Assembly (NCBI RefSeq): GCF_009914755.1
Contig: NC_060934.1
Source: the human T2T-CHM13v2.0 reference genome, Homo sapiens
Direction: 5' to 3' (one strand)
Length of the DNA stretch: 64,000 nt
The position numbers were made by a program, and so were the translations under genes. The notes beneath the pieces were generated by a model. It saw only the letters and a list, made by a program, of their open reading frames with translations, made no database searches and had not been told where the DNA came from. Each line of letters begins with the position of its first letter. The stretch's first letter is position 1. Of this stretch, positions 13,824 to 27,299 are shown piece after piece.

Positions 13824-14589
13824 TCAGACCTGTCACTGGGACAAAATACAAAACCATCACATTTGGGCTCCTCTGTTTCTTACCTCTTCAGTCCTTCCTC
13901 TCCTACCTCTTCCCACCCTCTCTGGCTGAGGCAGCTGGGGCTCCTCATTATGTAGTTATCTGGAAGACCCTTTTCTCTGTTTATTACTGTTATTGTGTTT
14001 TTCTTTTCCCTGCCTGTCTGGGGACCACCTGGCATGGGATGATGGATCATTACAGAGACTACCTGCCTGGCAAAATTGCTACCTTGGTCCCCTCCTCTTC
14101 TGCGTCACGTTGAGAAGGGAAGCAAAACCAAACAACCAAAACACCCTAAAAAACCCAAACGCCTATGATCACAAGCTCTTTTGTTTTGAGATAATGGGGT
14201 CAAATTTGCAGCCGAAGGGATGATCCCATAAAAGTAGGATGATGGTGGGTAGAGCAGGATGAGAGAACACCCACGGAGAAGACCTGTTAGGTTAAAAAAA
14301 GAAAAAAATCTCATTTTTCCTCCTGCTTTCTATTTGGTTCTTTTCTGCCTTTGTTTGCACTAATTCTTTGTCATTGCCTTGCTGTGCCCTCTGTCTCCTT
14401 TGCTATGTCACCAATACAGAGTACAGCAAGAAGAATAAAACACTCAACTTGGGAGGGAGAGTTCTGAATTTGAACCTGTCTTAATACTTAGTAATCAATT
14501 GTTACTGAGTAGCCAATTGTCAATAAGTAGCTGCTTGCCACTGAGTAGCAAGTCACTGAGCCCTGGCATTACTTTTCCTGTAGAATGGG

Positions 14590-15457
14590 TGTGATAGGCA
14601 GAATAACCACCTCCCTGCAATGCCCCGCTCCCCAGAATTTGTAAATATGTTCAGTTATATGGCAAGAGGGAATTAAAGTTCTAGATTGAATTAAGAATGC
14701 TAATCAGCTGATCTTAAAATAAGGAGAGTACCCTGGATTATCAGGTCGGCCATTGTAATCTAGAGAATGGGAAAGAGGGAGGAAGAAGAACCAGAGTGAT
14801 GTGGTATGACAAAGGCTGGACTAGCTGCTGCTGGCTTTGAAGATGGAAGGGGCCAGGAGCCAAGGAAAGTGAGCAGCCTTTGGAAGCTGCAAAAGGCAAA
14901 GAAAACAGATCCTCCCAATATTAGTCTGTTTTCACATGGCTATAAAAAACTACCAGTAATTTATAAATTACTGAGTAATTTATAAAGCAAAAATGTTTAA
15001 CTGACTCACAGTTCCACATGGCTGAGGAGGCTTCAGGGAACTTACAATGATGGTGGAAGGTGAAGGGGAAGCAAGGCACATCTTACATGGTGGCAGAAGA
15101 GAGAGAGAGGGAGGAAGTGCCACACTTTTAAAACCATCAGATCTTGTGAGAACGAACTCACTGTCACGAGAACAGCATGGGAGAAACTGCCTCCATGATC
15201 CAATCACCTCCCACCAGGTTCCTCCATGAACACGTGGGGATTACAATTTGAGATGAGATTTGGATGGGGCATGGAGACAAACCATATCACTCCCCTAGAG
15301 CCTCCAGAAAGGAAAACAGCCCTGCAGACACCTGGATTTTAGCCAGTGAGACTCATTTTGGGCTTCTGACTTGCAGATAGGTAAGATAATAAAGTTATAT
15401 TGTTTAAATCACCAAGTCTGGGATGATTTGTAAGAGCAGCAACAGGAAATTAATAGA
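14590..15457 (+). mobile_element. MLT1D/E-type MaLR LTR, split by a THE1 LTR
   Basis: Starts tgtgataggcagaataa, ends agcagcaacaggaaattaata; sequence resumes (ctcccctagagcctccagaa) after the inner LTR. Confidence 0.75.
14917..15289 (-). mobile_element. THE1 (THE1D-like)/MST solo LTR
   Basis: tattagtctgttttcac...aaaccatatca, 373 bp, with 5-bp TSD ctccc at 14912-14916 and 15290-15294. Confidence 0.85.
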
Positions 15458-15462
15458 GGGGA

Positions 15463-15852
15463 TACTATGGAACTGAATGCTATTCACCCCTACACATACC
15501 AAATTCATATAAATCGTAGGATTCATATAAAATTTTAACCACCCCCAGTGTGAGGGTATTTGGATGTCGGGCATTCAGGAGGTGGTTATGTCATGGGAAG
15601 AGCCCTCATGAATGGATTAGTATCCTTATAAAAGGGACCTCAGAGAACTCTCTCTCCTCATTACATCACATGAGGACACAGTGAGAAAGCACTAGTTATG
15701 AACAAGGAAGCAGGCTCTCATCAGATGCTGAATCTGCCAGTGCCTTGGTATTGGACTTTCCAGCCTCCAGAGCTGTGAGAAAGAAGTGATGGGTATGCAT
15801 AAGCCACCCAGGGTATGATATTCTTTTATAGGAGCCCCAGTGGACTAAAACA
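15463..15852 (+). mobile_element. MLT1A/MST-type MaLR LTR
   Basis: gagccctcatgaatggattagt, ttggactttccagcctccagagctgtgaga, ends ggactaaaaca. Confidence 0.72.
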
Positions 15853-16569
15853 GGGGTAACAATACCTGCGTTGCATTCCTCGCAGGGTAGAGCAAGGATC
15901 AAGGAGACAAGAGCTGTGGAAGAACTTGGCAAGCTGTAAAATGCAATGCAATCCGAAGACTTTGGTAGGAATTAACTCTGCCTGTGGGTGAAGGCATGCA
16001 GCACAGGTGTCTTGAGCTGGGGGTAAAAGCACAGACCAACCAAGTGCTTTGAACATCTGCCAACTCCTTGCACAGCCTGACTACTTATTGTTTTCATTTT
16101 TTTCTGGGAGCTAAATGTCTCTCCTCTGGGTGAACAGGATCAGTCCCTCTTGTCCTTTCCTCAGTACAGTTCCTGCATGGGTGAACGGACTCTAAGGCAC
16201 CATTGGTTATTACAGCCTGGTCTCTTATGTGGTCCATTGTCTCAAAGGGTTGTTGCAGCAGCAAGTTGCCCTTGTTCTGCGTTGATCACATCTAGCATTT
16301 AGATGTTTGAGGGCCCGTCCCATCAGTTGAGTTCTAAGGAATGTTCATGTGATACGATACTTACTGGGCAATGCAATGTTCCCAGATATACTGATGTTGT
16401 TACCAATGCTGATGAAGCTCTTGGCTGTTTAGGCTCTTTCAGCTAGACCAGGATATAGGATATTTCTAAGTATATTTACTCCCAAGATTGTTTTCCTCAC
16501 GATAACTTGAAGGTTATCTTCCTTCTCCTAAATATAATAATCCTCCCCAGATATCTAGGTTTAGGTTCC

Positions 16570-16999
16570 TGTTTTAGTTCATTATCTGTTGCTTGTAGCA
16601 GAATACATGAAACTGGGCTATTTATAAGAAACAGGATTCATTTCTCATAGTTCTGGAAGCTGGGAAGTCCAAGGTCAAGGGGGTACATCTGGTGAGTGTC
16701 TTCTTGCTGGTGGGGACCCTAAGCAGAGTCCCAAGGTGGCACAGGGTATCACATGGCAAGGGGGACTGAGCACACCAACATGCTATGCTCAGATCCCTCT
16801 TCCTCTTCTGCGCCCATAATAATCCATTAATCCATTAACCATTTAATCCATGAATCCATGAGTGGATTTGATACATTAGTAAGGACAGAAAACCTTTATG
16901 ATCCAATCACCTCTTAAAGGCTCCACGTCTCAAAACTGCCACGTAGGGTATTAAATTTCAACATGAGTTTTGGAGGGGACAAATATGTAAACCATAGCA
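16570..16999 (-). mobile_element. MST-type MaLR solo LTR
   Basis: tgttttagttcatt...gctgggaagtccaaggtcaagg...tttcaacatgagttttggagggg...aaaccatagca. Confidence 0.8.
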
Positions 17000-18959
17000 A
17001 TCCCTTAAAATATCCTAAGTTTGAGGCTTCCTATAGGAAGAATTTAAGGTCCAATGGAAAAAACAGGGTTAGCAGGTGAACATATGAAAACCTCCCCCTT
17101 TTTTGATGTTCACTGGAAGAAATACTAAAGATAATACAATAAATAATAAGTATTAGTGACAATCTGCAGTTCTTAAATTAGCCATAATGGATGCTGTGCA
17201 ATTAATTTCCATTTACCATCTCTTGTGCACTTGAATTTTTTCAGGCTTTTCCTCCTACGCAGCTTCAACAAGATGCTTATAAATTAGGTTTGTTTTGTGG
17301 TAGATAATAGGCATGTTGGTGGGCATTTTTTGCTTTATCTTTTCATATAGTCATTGCCTTTGTGATTTTAGGCTTTGGAACAGTGATTCTTAATTCTGGG
17401 GTCCCACTGTGGTCCCAGATGTGCACAGTAGCAACTTGGATGCTTGAAGCAACAAACGCCTTGGATGATCTTGATTTAACTCGTTAGATATTTCTGAAAA
17501 CCAAACACACCTGGTTATGTATCTATGCCTGTGACAACATTGTGCCAACTCACATGTCTTCATCCTATTTAACCTGCGCCTTAGTCCATCTGATCGTAGA
17601 AATCCATGTCTGGGTTTACATCTTCCTTTAATGATCCTAATGTGGAGAAAAGAAACAAAGAAAAGCCCCAAATCAAAACATCAAAAATAAGCAAAATGAC
17701 TTCAAGACCAATCCTGTATCCTGCATTTTTTTGAATTATGAAACTTCTTTATACTTCTCTCCTGGTGTTAGATTTGCTTTTTAAAATTACTGGAAATAAA
17801 TATCTGGTTAAAAAATAATGTGGCCACCAATTTGTTAAATTTGTCTATATCCAACTTCTACAAAAGAATAATATGAAGTAGCAGAGGAATACTGACCTGA
17901 ATGCCAATTACTGCATATGCAACTGGTAATGCCTTGGCTGGCAGAGGGACAGTGCCTCAGGTAAAGGTTTTGCTGACTGCCCTTATTGAGATGAAGCTAG
18001 CTTCTCTGTCTAGTAGGGCACTGATGAACCCCAAATACAATGAACTGAATATTTGGTCAAGCAAACTGAGAAACCTTTGAGTGACCTTCACTCAGTCATG
18101 CATCACATGATTTATTGATTTATTGAGCACGTTCTTCAGGCAGTGCAGCAAAGAAGACCAGAGAACATTGTTTAACCAAAGCTCCCTGCCTTTAAGGAAC
18201 ATAATATCAAGGTGGCAAAGTGAGGTAAATACAAGTAAAACGTAAAATAACCAATATTTTAAAATATATTAATATATTTATAAATTTCAAATATATTTAA
18301 ACATAAAATCGCAGTTCAATGTGATTATGAATTTGCTGATGGAGTTCTTGGAAGACCGAGATCATTCAGCTGGAGCACTCAGGAGGCTTCATGGAAGGGA
18401 TTGAGTTAAAATGGGACTTGAAGGAAGGCAGGGAGGATGCTGGGCTTTCTAGGTAGGGGAGTGGCATGGGCAAAGATAGGAATGTTGCAGTAAGCACAGT
18501 GATTTGAAAAAACTCTGAGGCACAGCTTGGCTTGAGCAAGTGGTTATGTTGAAGAGGTCAAGCCTGAAAACAGCATGGGAGCCCACTAAATGCCTGAGAT
18601 GCTGGGTATGTTTTTAAAGACATGTAGAGAGTATTGGTGTTTCTTGTGGAGGGGAGATTCCATATCAGAGCTGGGCTGGGGGAAATCCATTCAGTGTATG
18701 GTGTGTGGGATAGTTTGGGGCAGCAGATTCTTACTCCATAGGGGAGGTCAGTAACACCACTCCCTGAATTGGGAGATGCTGTTTTTCCTGTCCACACTGA
18801 GTCTTCTTCACTACCCCACCCTCATGACACACCTGTCCTGCACCACGAGTTGTGCTCACCATGTGGATAGAAATTTACTAGCTTTTCAAATTTTCCAAGA
18901 GCAGGCAATGCGTAGCATGTTTTATCAAGAAGGTATATGTATGTGTATATGTGTGTGTG

Positions 18960-19530
18960 TAGACAGATAATGTTTTATGATTGTAAAGGAAATGTGTGCT
19001 CACTGCCGAAAATTTGGGGAAAATAGAAAAGTATAGAGAAGAAAATAAAAAATACTCATAATCTTGCCACTTAGGAATAACCACTGTTAACGTGAATGTT
19101 TGTTTCAAGTTATCTACTATGGATAAGTACAGACAAGAAATATAAGCAATGTTTAACAAAATTGAGATGATGCTTCATGTGTGTCCAGCCTGCATTTCAT
19201 GCACTGTTTAAATATATGGTTGTTTTTCATATGTCATAAAAGTATTTGAATTCATTTTAATGGCTGCATAATATTCCATTGAATGGCTTTAGCTCACTTT
19301 AGTCATTATCCTATCAAATATAGTCATTATTTCTAATTTTGTATTATTATAAAAACATTGCATTGAACCTACAGGTGCATAAACCTTTTATTGGGTTTCT
19401 GATGGTTTCCTTAGATAGTTTGCTAGAAGACAATTTACAGGGTTAAAGTTATGAATATTTATAAGAGTCTCGTTCCATATTGCCACATTGGTTTTCAGAG
19501 TGGTCATGGCAATTTATGCTTGCATCAACA
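18960..19530 (-). mobile_element. Old L1ME-type fragment
   Basis: ttttaatggctgcataatattccattgaatgg and further antisense L1 3'UTR motifs. Confidence 0.6.
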
Positions 19531-19539
19531 TTGACAGTC

Positions 19540-20860
19540 TGCCTAGCTCACTCCACTGGCTTTGCCATGGTCACCAATACCCTCCCTGTTGCTACATTCA
19601 GTAGCCAATTCTCAGTACTCTTTATACCTGACCATCAGTTGCATTTGACACAGCTGGACACTCTTCCCTAATATACTTTCTTTCCTTGATTTTAAGAGTA
19701 TCTCACTCTCTGAGTTTTCCTTCTCCCTCTCAGGCTCCTTTCCTGGTCTGTCCCTATCTTTTTGACCCTAAACATACTATAGAGCTCAGTTCTCCAGACT
19801 CTCTTTTATCTGTATTTGCTGTCATGGTTATCTCCAGATTCATGTCTTTAAGTGTTATTCAGACTCTGATGTCTCCTAGATTCTTATCTGCAGGCCAGCC
19901 CTCTCCCCGGAGTATAAACCTTGTACATTGCTCTTCTACTTAACGTCTCTGTTTGGATGTGTATTAAGCATTTCAAAACCAAATTCTTTATTTTTAAAGC
20001 CCTGAACCTGTTTTTCTATCCATAAGTGTTAATTCCACTTTCCCAGTTGTTCAGGCCCCAAATCTATCAGATAATTTGAGTTAGTTCCAATTTGTAATTA
20101 TTAGAAACATTGAGATGAATGTACAGTTTAAAAATCTTTTAAGGGGTCACCTCACTTTCTCTGACACTCTACATCTAATCTGTAAGCAGACCTTTTTAAC
20201 TTTTCTTCCAAAAATACACCCAGAAACTGACCACCTCTCAGCACCTCAGTGCTCCAGCTTGGTGCAGGCCATTCATCTGTCCCTTCTGATCATTACAGAA
20301 CCTCTCCCTGGTCTCTTTGATTTTTTTCCCCACATCCTCCAATGCTCTATTCGACATGGTAGCCAGAGTGAGAGGATTAAAAAACAAGCCCTAGACTATC
20401 ACAGCCATGCTCATTGTATGTGTATCATATGCTTTCTATGTAACTTGTGATAAAGCCAGAGTCCTTATATCAATGCCTGGGTCTGCGTTTCCTTGCTGAC
20501 CTCATTTCCAACACTCTACGTTGTTCATTCTGTTCCAGCCTACTGGGCTCCTACATCCTTTTGCAAATGCTACTTTCCCAATGAGGCCTTTCCTGACCAC
20601 ATGATTTAAAACTACACAGCTTCTCTTTCAGCACCTCCCCTTACCTTTTCTGCTTTCTTTCACTCTAAAGGCCTTATCACCATCTGATATGCCACATGTT
20701 TTACTTATTTGTCTATCTGTTGTTTATTCTTCCTTCAACAGAATGTAAGCTCTATGAGGGAAAGTATTTTCATTCTGATTTGATTACTGCTCTGATCTAG
20801 GTCCTTAGAATAGAGCCTGGCATGGAGTAAGGCCTCAGTCAATAGGTTGGATGAATAAAT
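19540..20860. mobile_element. L2 remnant
   Basis: gcatttgacacagctggacactc, gaatgtaagctctatgaggg, tail ggatgaataaat. Confidence 0.65.
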
Positions 20861-20939
20861 GGTGTGTATGTGTTTGTTTGATTAAAGTGTTCATTAGCCT
20901 GTTACTTTATCTCTAGTCTCGTGTCTTATTTTTATATTT

Positions 20940-22050
20940 ATTTTTTACTTTAAAAAATTGTAGGGATATACAAATAATATGCAATTTGCCGTCTTCCCAT
21001 TTTTAAGTGTACAGTTTAGTAGTGTTAAGTACACATTGTTTTACGACCAATCTCCAAATTTCTTTTCATCTTGCAAAACTAAAACTCTATACCAACTAAA
21101 CAACAACTCCTCATTTCTCTCTCCGCCTAGCCTTAGTATCTACCATTCTACATTTTGTCATTATGATTTTGACTACCTTAGGTACCCCATATAAGTGCAA
21201 TCATATAGTATTTTTTTCTTTATGACTGGCATATTTCACTTTGCATAATGTCTTCAAGGTTCATCCATGTAGCATGTGTCAGAATTTCCTTCCTTCCTAA
21301 GGCGGAATAATATTCCATTGTAGTGTATACCACATTTTGTTTATCCATTCATTCATTGATAGACACTTGGGTTGCTTTCACCTTTTGGCTATTGTAAATA
21401 ATGCTGCTATGAGCACTGGGTGAACGTATCTCTCTTTGAGACCTTGCTTTCAATTGCAAGAGTCTTGTTTCATGTTGCCACATTGCATTTTAGAATAGTC
21501 ACGCCAATTTATACTTGCATCAACACTGACTGTCTGCCTGCTTCACTCCACTGTCTTGGCCATGGTCACCAATACCCTCCACAATGCTACATTCAATGGT
21601 CAGTTCTTGGTACTCATCTTTCTTGACCATCAATTGCAATTGACACAGCTGGACACTTTCACTTTTGGGTATTACCCAGACGTGGAATAGCTGGATCATA
21701 TGATAATTCTATTTTTAATTATTTGTTGAACCACCATACTGTTTTCTGTAGTGGCTGCACCATTTTTTGTTCCCACCAACAGTTCACAAGGGTTCCAACT
21801 TTTCACATCCCTGCCAACACTTGTTATTTTCTGATTTTTTATTTTTTATTTTTAAACAGTAGCCATGGGTGTGAGGTTGTATCTCATTGTGGTTTTGATT
21901 TGCATTTCTTTAATGATTAGTGATTTTGAACATCTTTTTATTTGCTCACTGGTCATTTGTATAGCTCTGGAGAAATGTCTATTCAAGTCCTTTGCCCATT
22001 TTTTAAATAGGATTGTTTTCTTGTTATTTTTGTACTTTAATTTTTTTTCT
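20940..22050 (-). mobile_element. L1MA/MB 3' fragment carrying a 200-bp non-L1MB insert
   Basis: ttcatccatgtagcatgtgtcagaatttccttc, gtatctcattgtggttttgatttgcatttc, gagaaatgtctattcaagtcctttgccc. Confidence 0.82.
21458..21657 (+). repeat. Dispersed direct copy of 19463-19662
   Basis: Ungapped manual alignment: 165/200 identical (82.5%), offset 1995 bp. Confidence 0.92.
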
Positions 22051-22279
22051 TGAATAGCCTAAATGACTGCAGTTTTGTTGGTGTGCTTATGTTAAATCCT
22101 GAGGAACAAGTGTAAATAAGCTTAATATAATGGATTAGGGTGGAAAGGTGGGGAGTCTAATTTTGGCAAAGAGAATGGCATGCATTGTGGCCATAGGTGA
22201 GACAGGATATGTATAAGCATACATGCATATTGGTGTTCCGTGACATTTATATGTAGTTTACATATTTTACTTGTAATAA

Positions 22280-22497
22280 TCCCAACTGCAGCATCATTGA
22301 CATTTTGTGCTGGATAATTCTTTGTTGTGAGTCACTGTCCTGTGTTTTGTCACATGTTTTACAGCATCCCTCGCCTCTGCCCACTAGATACCGGAACTCT
22401 CTCCCCTGCCCCCAGCTGTGATAATTAACATATCTCCATATGTTTCAAAATGTCCCCTTGGCATGACCCCTTCTTTCTCCTCAGTTGAGAACCACTG
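22280..22497. mobile_element. MER20 (hAT)
   Basis: attgacattttgtgctggataattctttgttgtg...cagcatccctcgcctctgcccactagat...gttgagaaccactg. Confidence 0.8.
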
Positions 22498-23920
22498 TTC
22501 GAAGAATGAATGCTGGTATATTGTGAGTAAAAGCCGTATCTACAGTAGGCTCTGTTTGTATGGAAGTCAATATTCAACAACTTATCAATTATATCAGTGG
22601 GTTTAGCGGATAGCTATGCTGTCATTGTTTTATACTCTAAGAGCTCATATTGATGTTATTGTTATTTCTTATTGAACACTAACTTTGCTAAAAGTCTACC
22701 ATTAGGACTCAATTATACAATAAATTATAGCCTTTCTTTTTTTATATTTAGAGAAAAGTCTGTTTGCTCCTATTCTGAGAACGTGCCCAAAACATTGAAC
22801 TAGAGTGTTTTCCTTGACTTTCTGGATCTCTGGCAGAGTGAGAGAGAGACTGAGAAACGTTTAGCTTTCACTTGATTTTAATAGACTGCACAAAGGAAAT
22901 AGAATAGGCAACTGAATAAAGTGACATATTCATCAATGATATTGTAAGACTCACTCAGCAGCAAGAAAGGGTGCATTGTGGAAAGATTTCTGGGGAGGAT
23001 TTTGACATCTCCAATACTAATGTTGACTGGTTTAGACATAGATAAGCTGACAGGCTTTTGAGAGTATAAGCTGACTAAGCATAGCCCCTGCCTGACTCCT
23101 GACTTCCCTGAGTGTCCTTTGCAATTTGCAATATACCATTAAAATTAAAACCAATATTATTCAACATTCTCAGGAATTTCCTTCAGAAAGCATTACAAGT
23201 TTTTTTTTTTTTTTCAAAAGATACTGCACCATTTGTATGTTGGTAATCTCTAAAGATTACCAACTCTAATCTTGGACACAGACAATTCATTTACAGTGAA
23301 TGGCTAAATCACAGGAACTTGATTGTATGCAGTTCTCACCCTAAGGCAGTGGCATGTTTAGTTTCCTCATGGGGTATAGTCATCCAATGAAGAGATGAGA
23401 GTGTTCATTCAAAGCAGCAATTGTGTTTAGCAAATTGACAATTATCTACCAATTGGTGTTTACTCTGGCCGTATTCATGTTGGTTAATAGGGTGTGTTTT
23501 CTTAAAATATTACCAGAAATGCAAAATGCATGTAAAGTGAATGTAATATATAAAACACTAAAATATGATGTTTTTCTCCCTGACACTTTCCTGTGTTTTA
23601 AATTATGGCAAACAAACACACGTACAGACAACATGAGATTTACCCTCTTAACCCACTTCCACATGTACAATAGAGTGTTAACTATATGCACATTGTACAG
23701 CATATCTCTAGAATTATTTCATCTTGTGTGACTGAAATTTTATAACCATTGAACAGCAACTCCTCAGTCCCCTTTATGCCCACCTCTTGCAATTTTCTCC
23801 ACAAAGTTCAGGAATAATGGGAGTCAAGAGGGAGGCAAATAATCCCCACATCACCTCTATTTGTCTCCAACCTGCTTGGCATCACTTCTGACTTCAGTTG
23901 TGCTCTTATCCTAGATAATT

Positions 23921-24202
23921 TATTTTTTGGTTGGGGGGATGGGGTCTGGCTCTGTTGCCCAGGCTGGAGTGTAGTGGTGTGATCTCCACTGCCCGGGCTC
24001 AAGCCATCCTCCCACCTCAGCCTCCTGAGTAGCTGGGGCCATAAGTGCACGCCACCACACCAGACTAATTTTTTTTTTTTTTGATAGAGTTGAGGTTTCA
24101 CCAAATTGCCTAGGCTGGTTCTGAACTCCTGAGCTCAAACAATCTGCCCACCTCAGGCTCCCAAAATGCTGGGATTACTAGTGTGAGCCACCATACCTGG
24201 CC
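23921..24202 (-). mobile_element. AluJ
   Basis: Antisense dimer; TSD ttatcct(aga/ggg)taattta. Confidence 0.9.
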
Positions 24203-24359
24203 TTATCCTGGGTAATTTAAAGCTAAAGGTTAACATTTATTTAGTACTTATGTGCCTGGTAGTGTGCTAAGCCCCTTTAATCATTATCTCATTTAATCCT
24301 TTCAATAGTACTAAGAGGTAGGTACAATTACTATCTCCTTTTTTCTCTAGATGAGATAA

Positions 24360-24658
<299 letters not shown>

Positions 24659-25541
24659 TTGAGCAACTTTCTGTTTACACATGAAATATCAGTCTGAGGA
24701 GCCTGGCCTAAAGACATCTGCATTGAGAGCCTATAACCTTAACAATCTGCGAAACCATATTTGAAAAACCCCTCTTCCCCTTCCAGCACACGTATACCCA
24801 CTGCAGTTCTCATGTCAGGACAAACTGCTTTATAAAGAATCAAAGCAGAATGATGAACAAAACAAAATTAAAATCTCTAGTGGGATCTCTGTCCTGTTCG
24901 TATTGCCAAAATCACATAAATGCAGAACTCATGATATCTAAACAGCCATTGCCACAAATTATACACTAGATACCTATAATTATACATTGAAAGGTAAGCT
25001 TGTGAATGTCTTTGTTTTTGTAGAAACATGCTATCACAGCTTTAGCGAGAGTCACATGTCTCATCCATAAATTCAGTCCACAGATATATTTAATTTGGGC
25101 ACAATGTTTTTTAAAAACCCAATTTTAAATATTTTGAGGGAATGATGTGTACTTTCCGATTTGACACAGTCCTCACCAGTCCCTGTCTTGGCTTGTCTGC
25201 TTCACTTGCTCACTTTACCTGCTTTGCCCTCACAGGCATTGGGATTTGAAATCCATGTGTAACAAGAAAAATTTGGGTGGACATGGGATGATTTTCTTTA
25301 TAGATTTGGTACGTGAATATACAATACACGTATTTTACCTTGAGGCTTAACTTCTGACAAAATATTTGCTCTCTGATTATATAAATAATATGGCCTCCTC
25401 CTTTTTTATTTTTGAGCACCTACAACTAACCTATATCTTCCTCTTAGATTCCTACTCTCTTAATGCTTGATGCTCCTGTGGTCAGAAATTGAGATGAGTG
25501 AAGCTGCATTTTGGGCGGGTTTCTCAGAGATGCTTTCAAAA

Positions 25542-25546
<5 letters not shown>

Positions 25547-25594
<48 letters not shown>

Positions 25595-25600
25595 CGTACA
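25547..25600. repeat. (TG)20(CG)5TACA alternating purine-pyrimidine tract
   Basis: Read directly from the sequence. Confidence 0.95.
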
Positions 25601-26384
25601 GAGCATGGAAGGTGTGGGTTTTGAGGCAATTAGAGGAGTAATAGGCAAGTTGCTTTTCTCCTGAGCCTCAGTTTCCTTATCTGTAAAATATAACTCATGA
25701 TACCTATATCACATGATTTGTATGAGATTTTAATAAAAAATCAGGTAAAATGCCCAGCATAGGTTAGAAATCCAGAATATGTCAGTATCTATCTCCCTTC
25801 CTTTCATTCTTCTCAAAAAGTTGAATTGAATAGAGACACTACCAGTGATATCAAAGTATATCAAATAATTTCTGATGAGAATGTCAGAGAAAGGTAGTAA
25901 TAAAAATGTACTCTCACCAACAAAAGCTCCATAAAACTGCCACTCAATGTCAATATGCTTTATTATATATAAATTTCTTTATGTGTGTGTGCACATAAAT
26001 GCAGCATCTCTGTATATGTTAGTGTATGTGTGCTCACACGTATGTGTTGTGTGTGGATTAATGTGCATTTGGGTATGCAAGTGGGCTTGTGTGTGTCTCT
26101 GTGCATGTGTGCACAGAAAGAAACAGAGCTAGGGGAAGAAAATACATTGCACAAGATATTCAATGGTAACCCTTATTTAGTATATTGTAACTCACGGTAT
26201 ATAAAATAAAGTTCATTTATGGTGTTGGTCTTATCTTCTAATTAAAATCATGGGCATGAAGCTTTTTTATACCTGCATAAAATAAGCAGTTTAATTTTTC
26301 TGCACCAGGGGAAAAATGACTTCATTGCCTGTTCTGTAGACCATTGGTACATGATATGGAGCAAGTGAGGCTGGTTATGAAAGC

Positions 26385-26679
26385 TTTTTTTTCTTTTTTT
26401 GTTTTGAGACAGAGTCTCACTCTGCCTGCCACCCAGGCTGGAGTGCAGTGGCGTGATCTTGGCTCACTGCAACCTCCACCTCTAGGGTTCAAGTGATTCT
26501 CATGCCTCAGCCTCCTGAGTAGCGGGGATTACAGGTGTGTACCTCCACGCCCAGCTAATTTTTGTATTTTTGGTAGAGATGGGGTTTCACAATGTTGGCC
26601 AAGCTGGTCTTGAACTCCTGACCTGAAGTGATTCACCCGCCTCGGCCTCCCAAAGAGCTGGGATTACAGGCATAAGCCA
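26385..26679 (-). mobile_element. AluS
   Basis: Antisense dimer, slightly 5'-truncated. Confidence 0.92.
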
Positions 26680-27299
26680 AAAAGCCTCCTTCTTACCCAT
26701 TATATTCGTCCTTTCAAACTCTGCGAGCACCACAGATGCTTCCTCAGGTTTTCTCAAGGGCAGCTTGAGTGCTTTGACCCGTTTCCCCTACCCCTACCCC
26801 TTCATAGTGCCATGGGAAGAGGAAGTTATTTGGTCTATGATTACTCTAAGAGTATTTCCCTGCATTATTCACACATGAGTGAAAAAAAGTCATTATACTG
26901 CTCCATTTCTTAAAAATTTGCTGATAACTAGTGATGACTTATTTCAATGAAGCCAAAGCAAATATTTGAGAAAAGAAAGTAAGCTTGTCTTAGAAGCTGT
27001 AAAGGAATAAAAGAGGGAAAGGACTGTGAATTTTAGCACTTAAAAGACCTAAATTTGTTTTAAAGCTTATTTTATAATACTAATATATGCTCTGGGTAAC
27101 ATTGAAAAAATCCTGCTAGTTAACACTTTTATTTTATAAGGTATGGAAATTTAGGGGGCTATATTTTATACTCTGGGCCTTATGGTTTAGACTGCATGAT
27201 AGAAAATTGGTGGCAACATATGCAAAGATAAGAAAAACTCTAAGAGGAAATAAATTCACTTGCTTATTTAGGAACTCAGAGAAGTTGAGTTGAGCTGGA

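Noticed and set aside
14496-14561. Short tandem repeats (here and at 11229, 47496, 61337) as CRISPR-like arrays
   Set aside because: No unique spacers, too few units, no cas genes, and a primate intron context.
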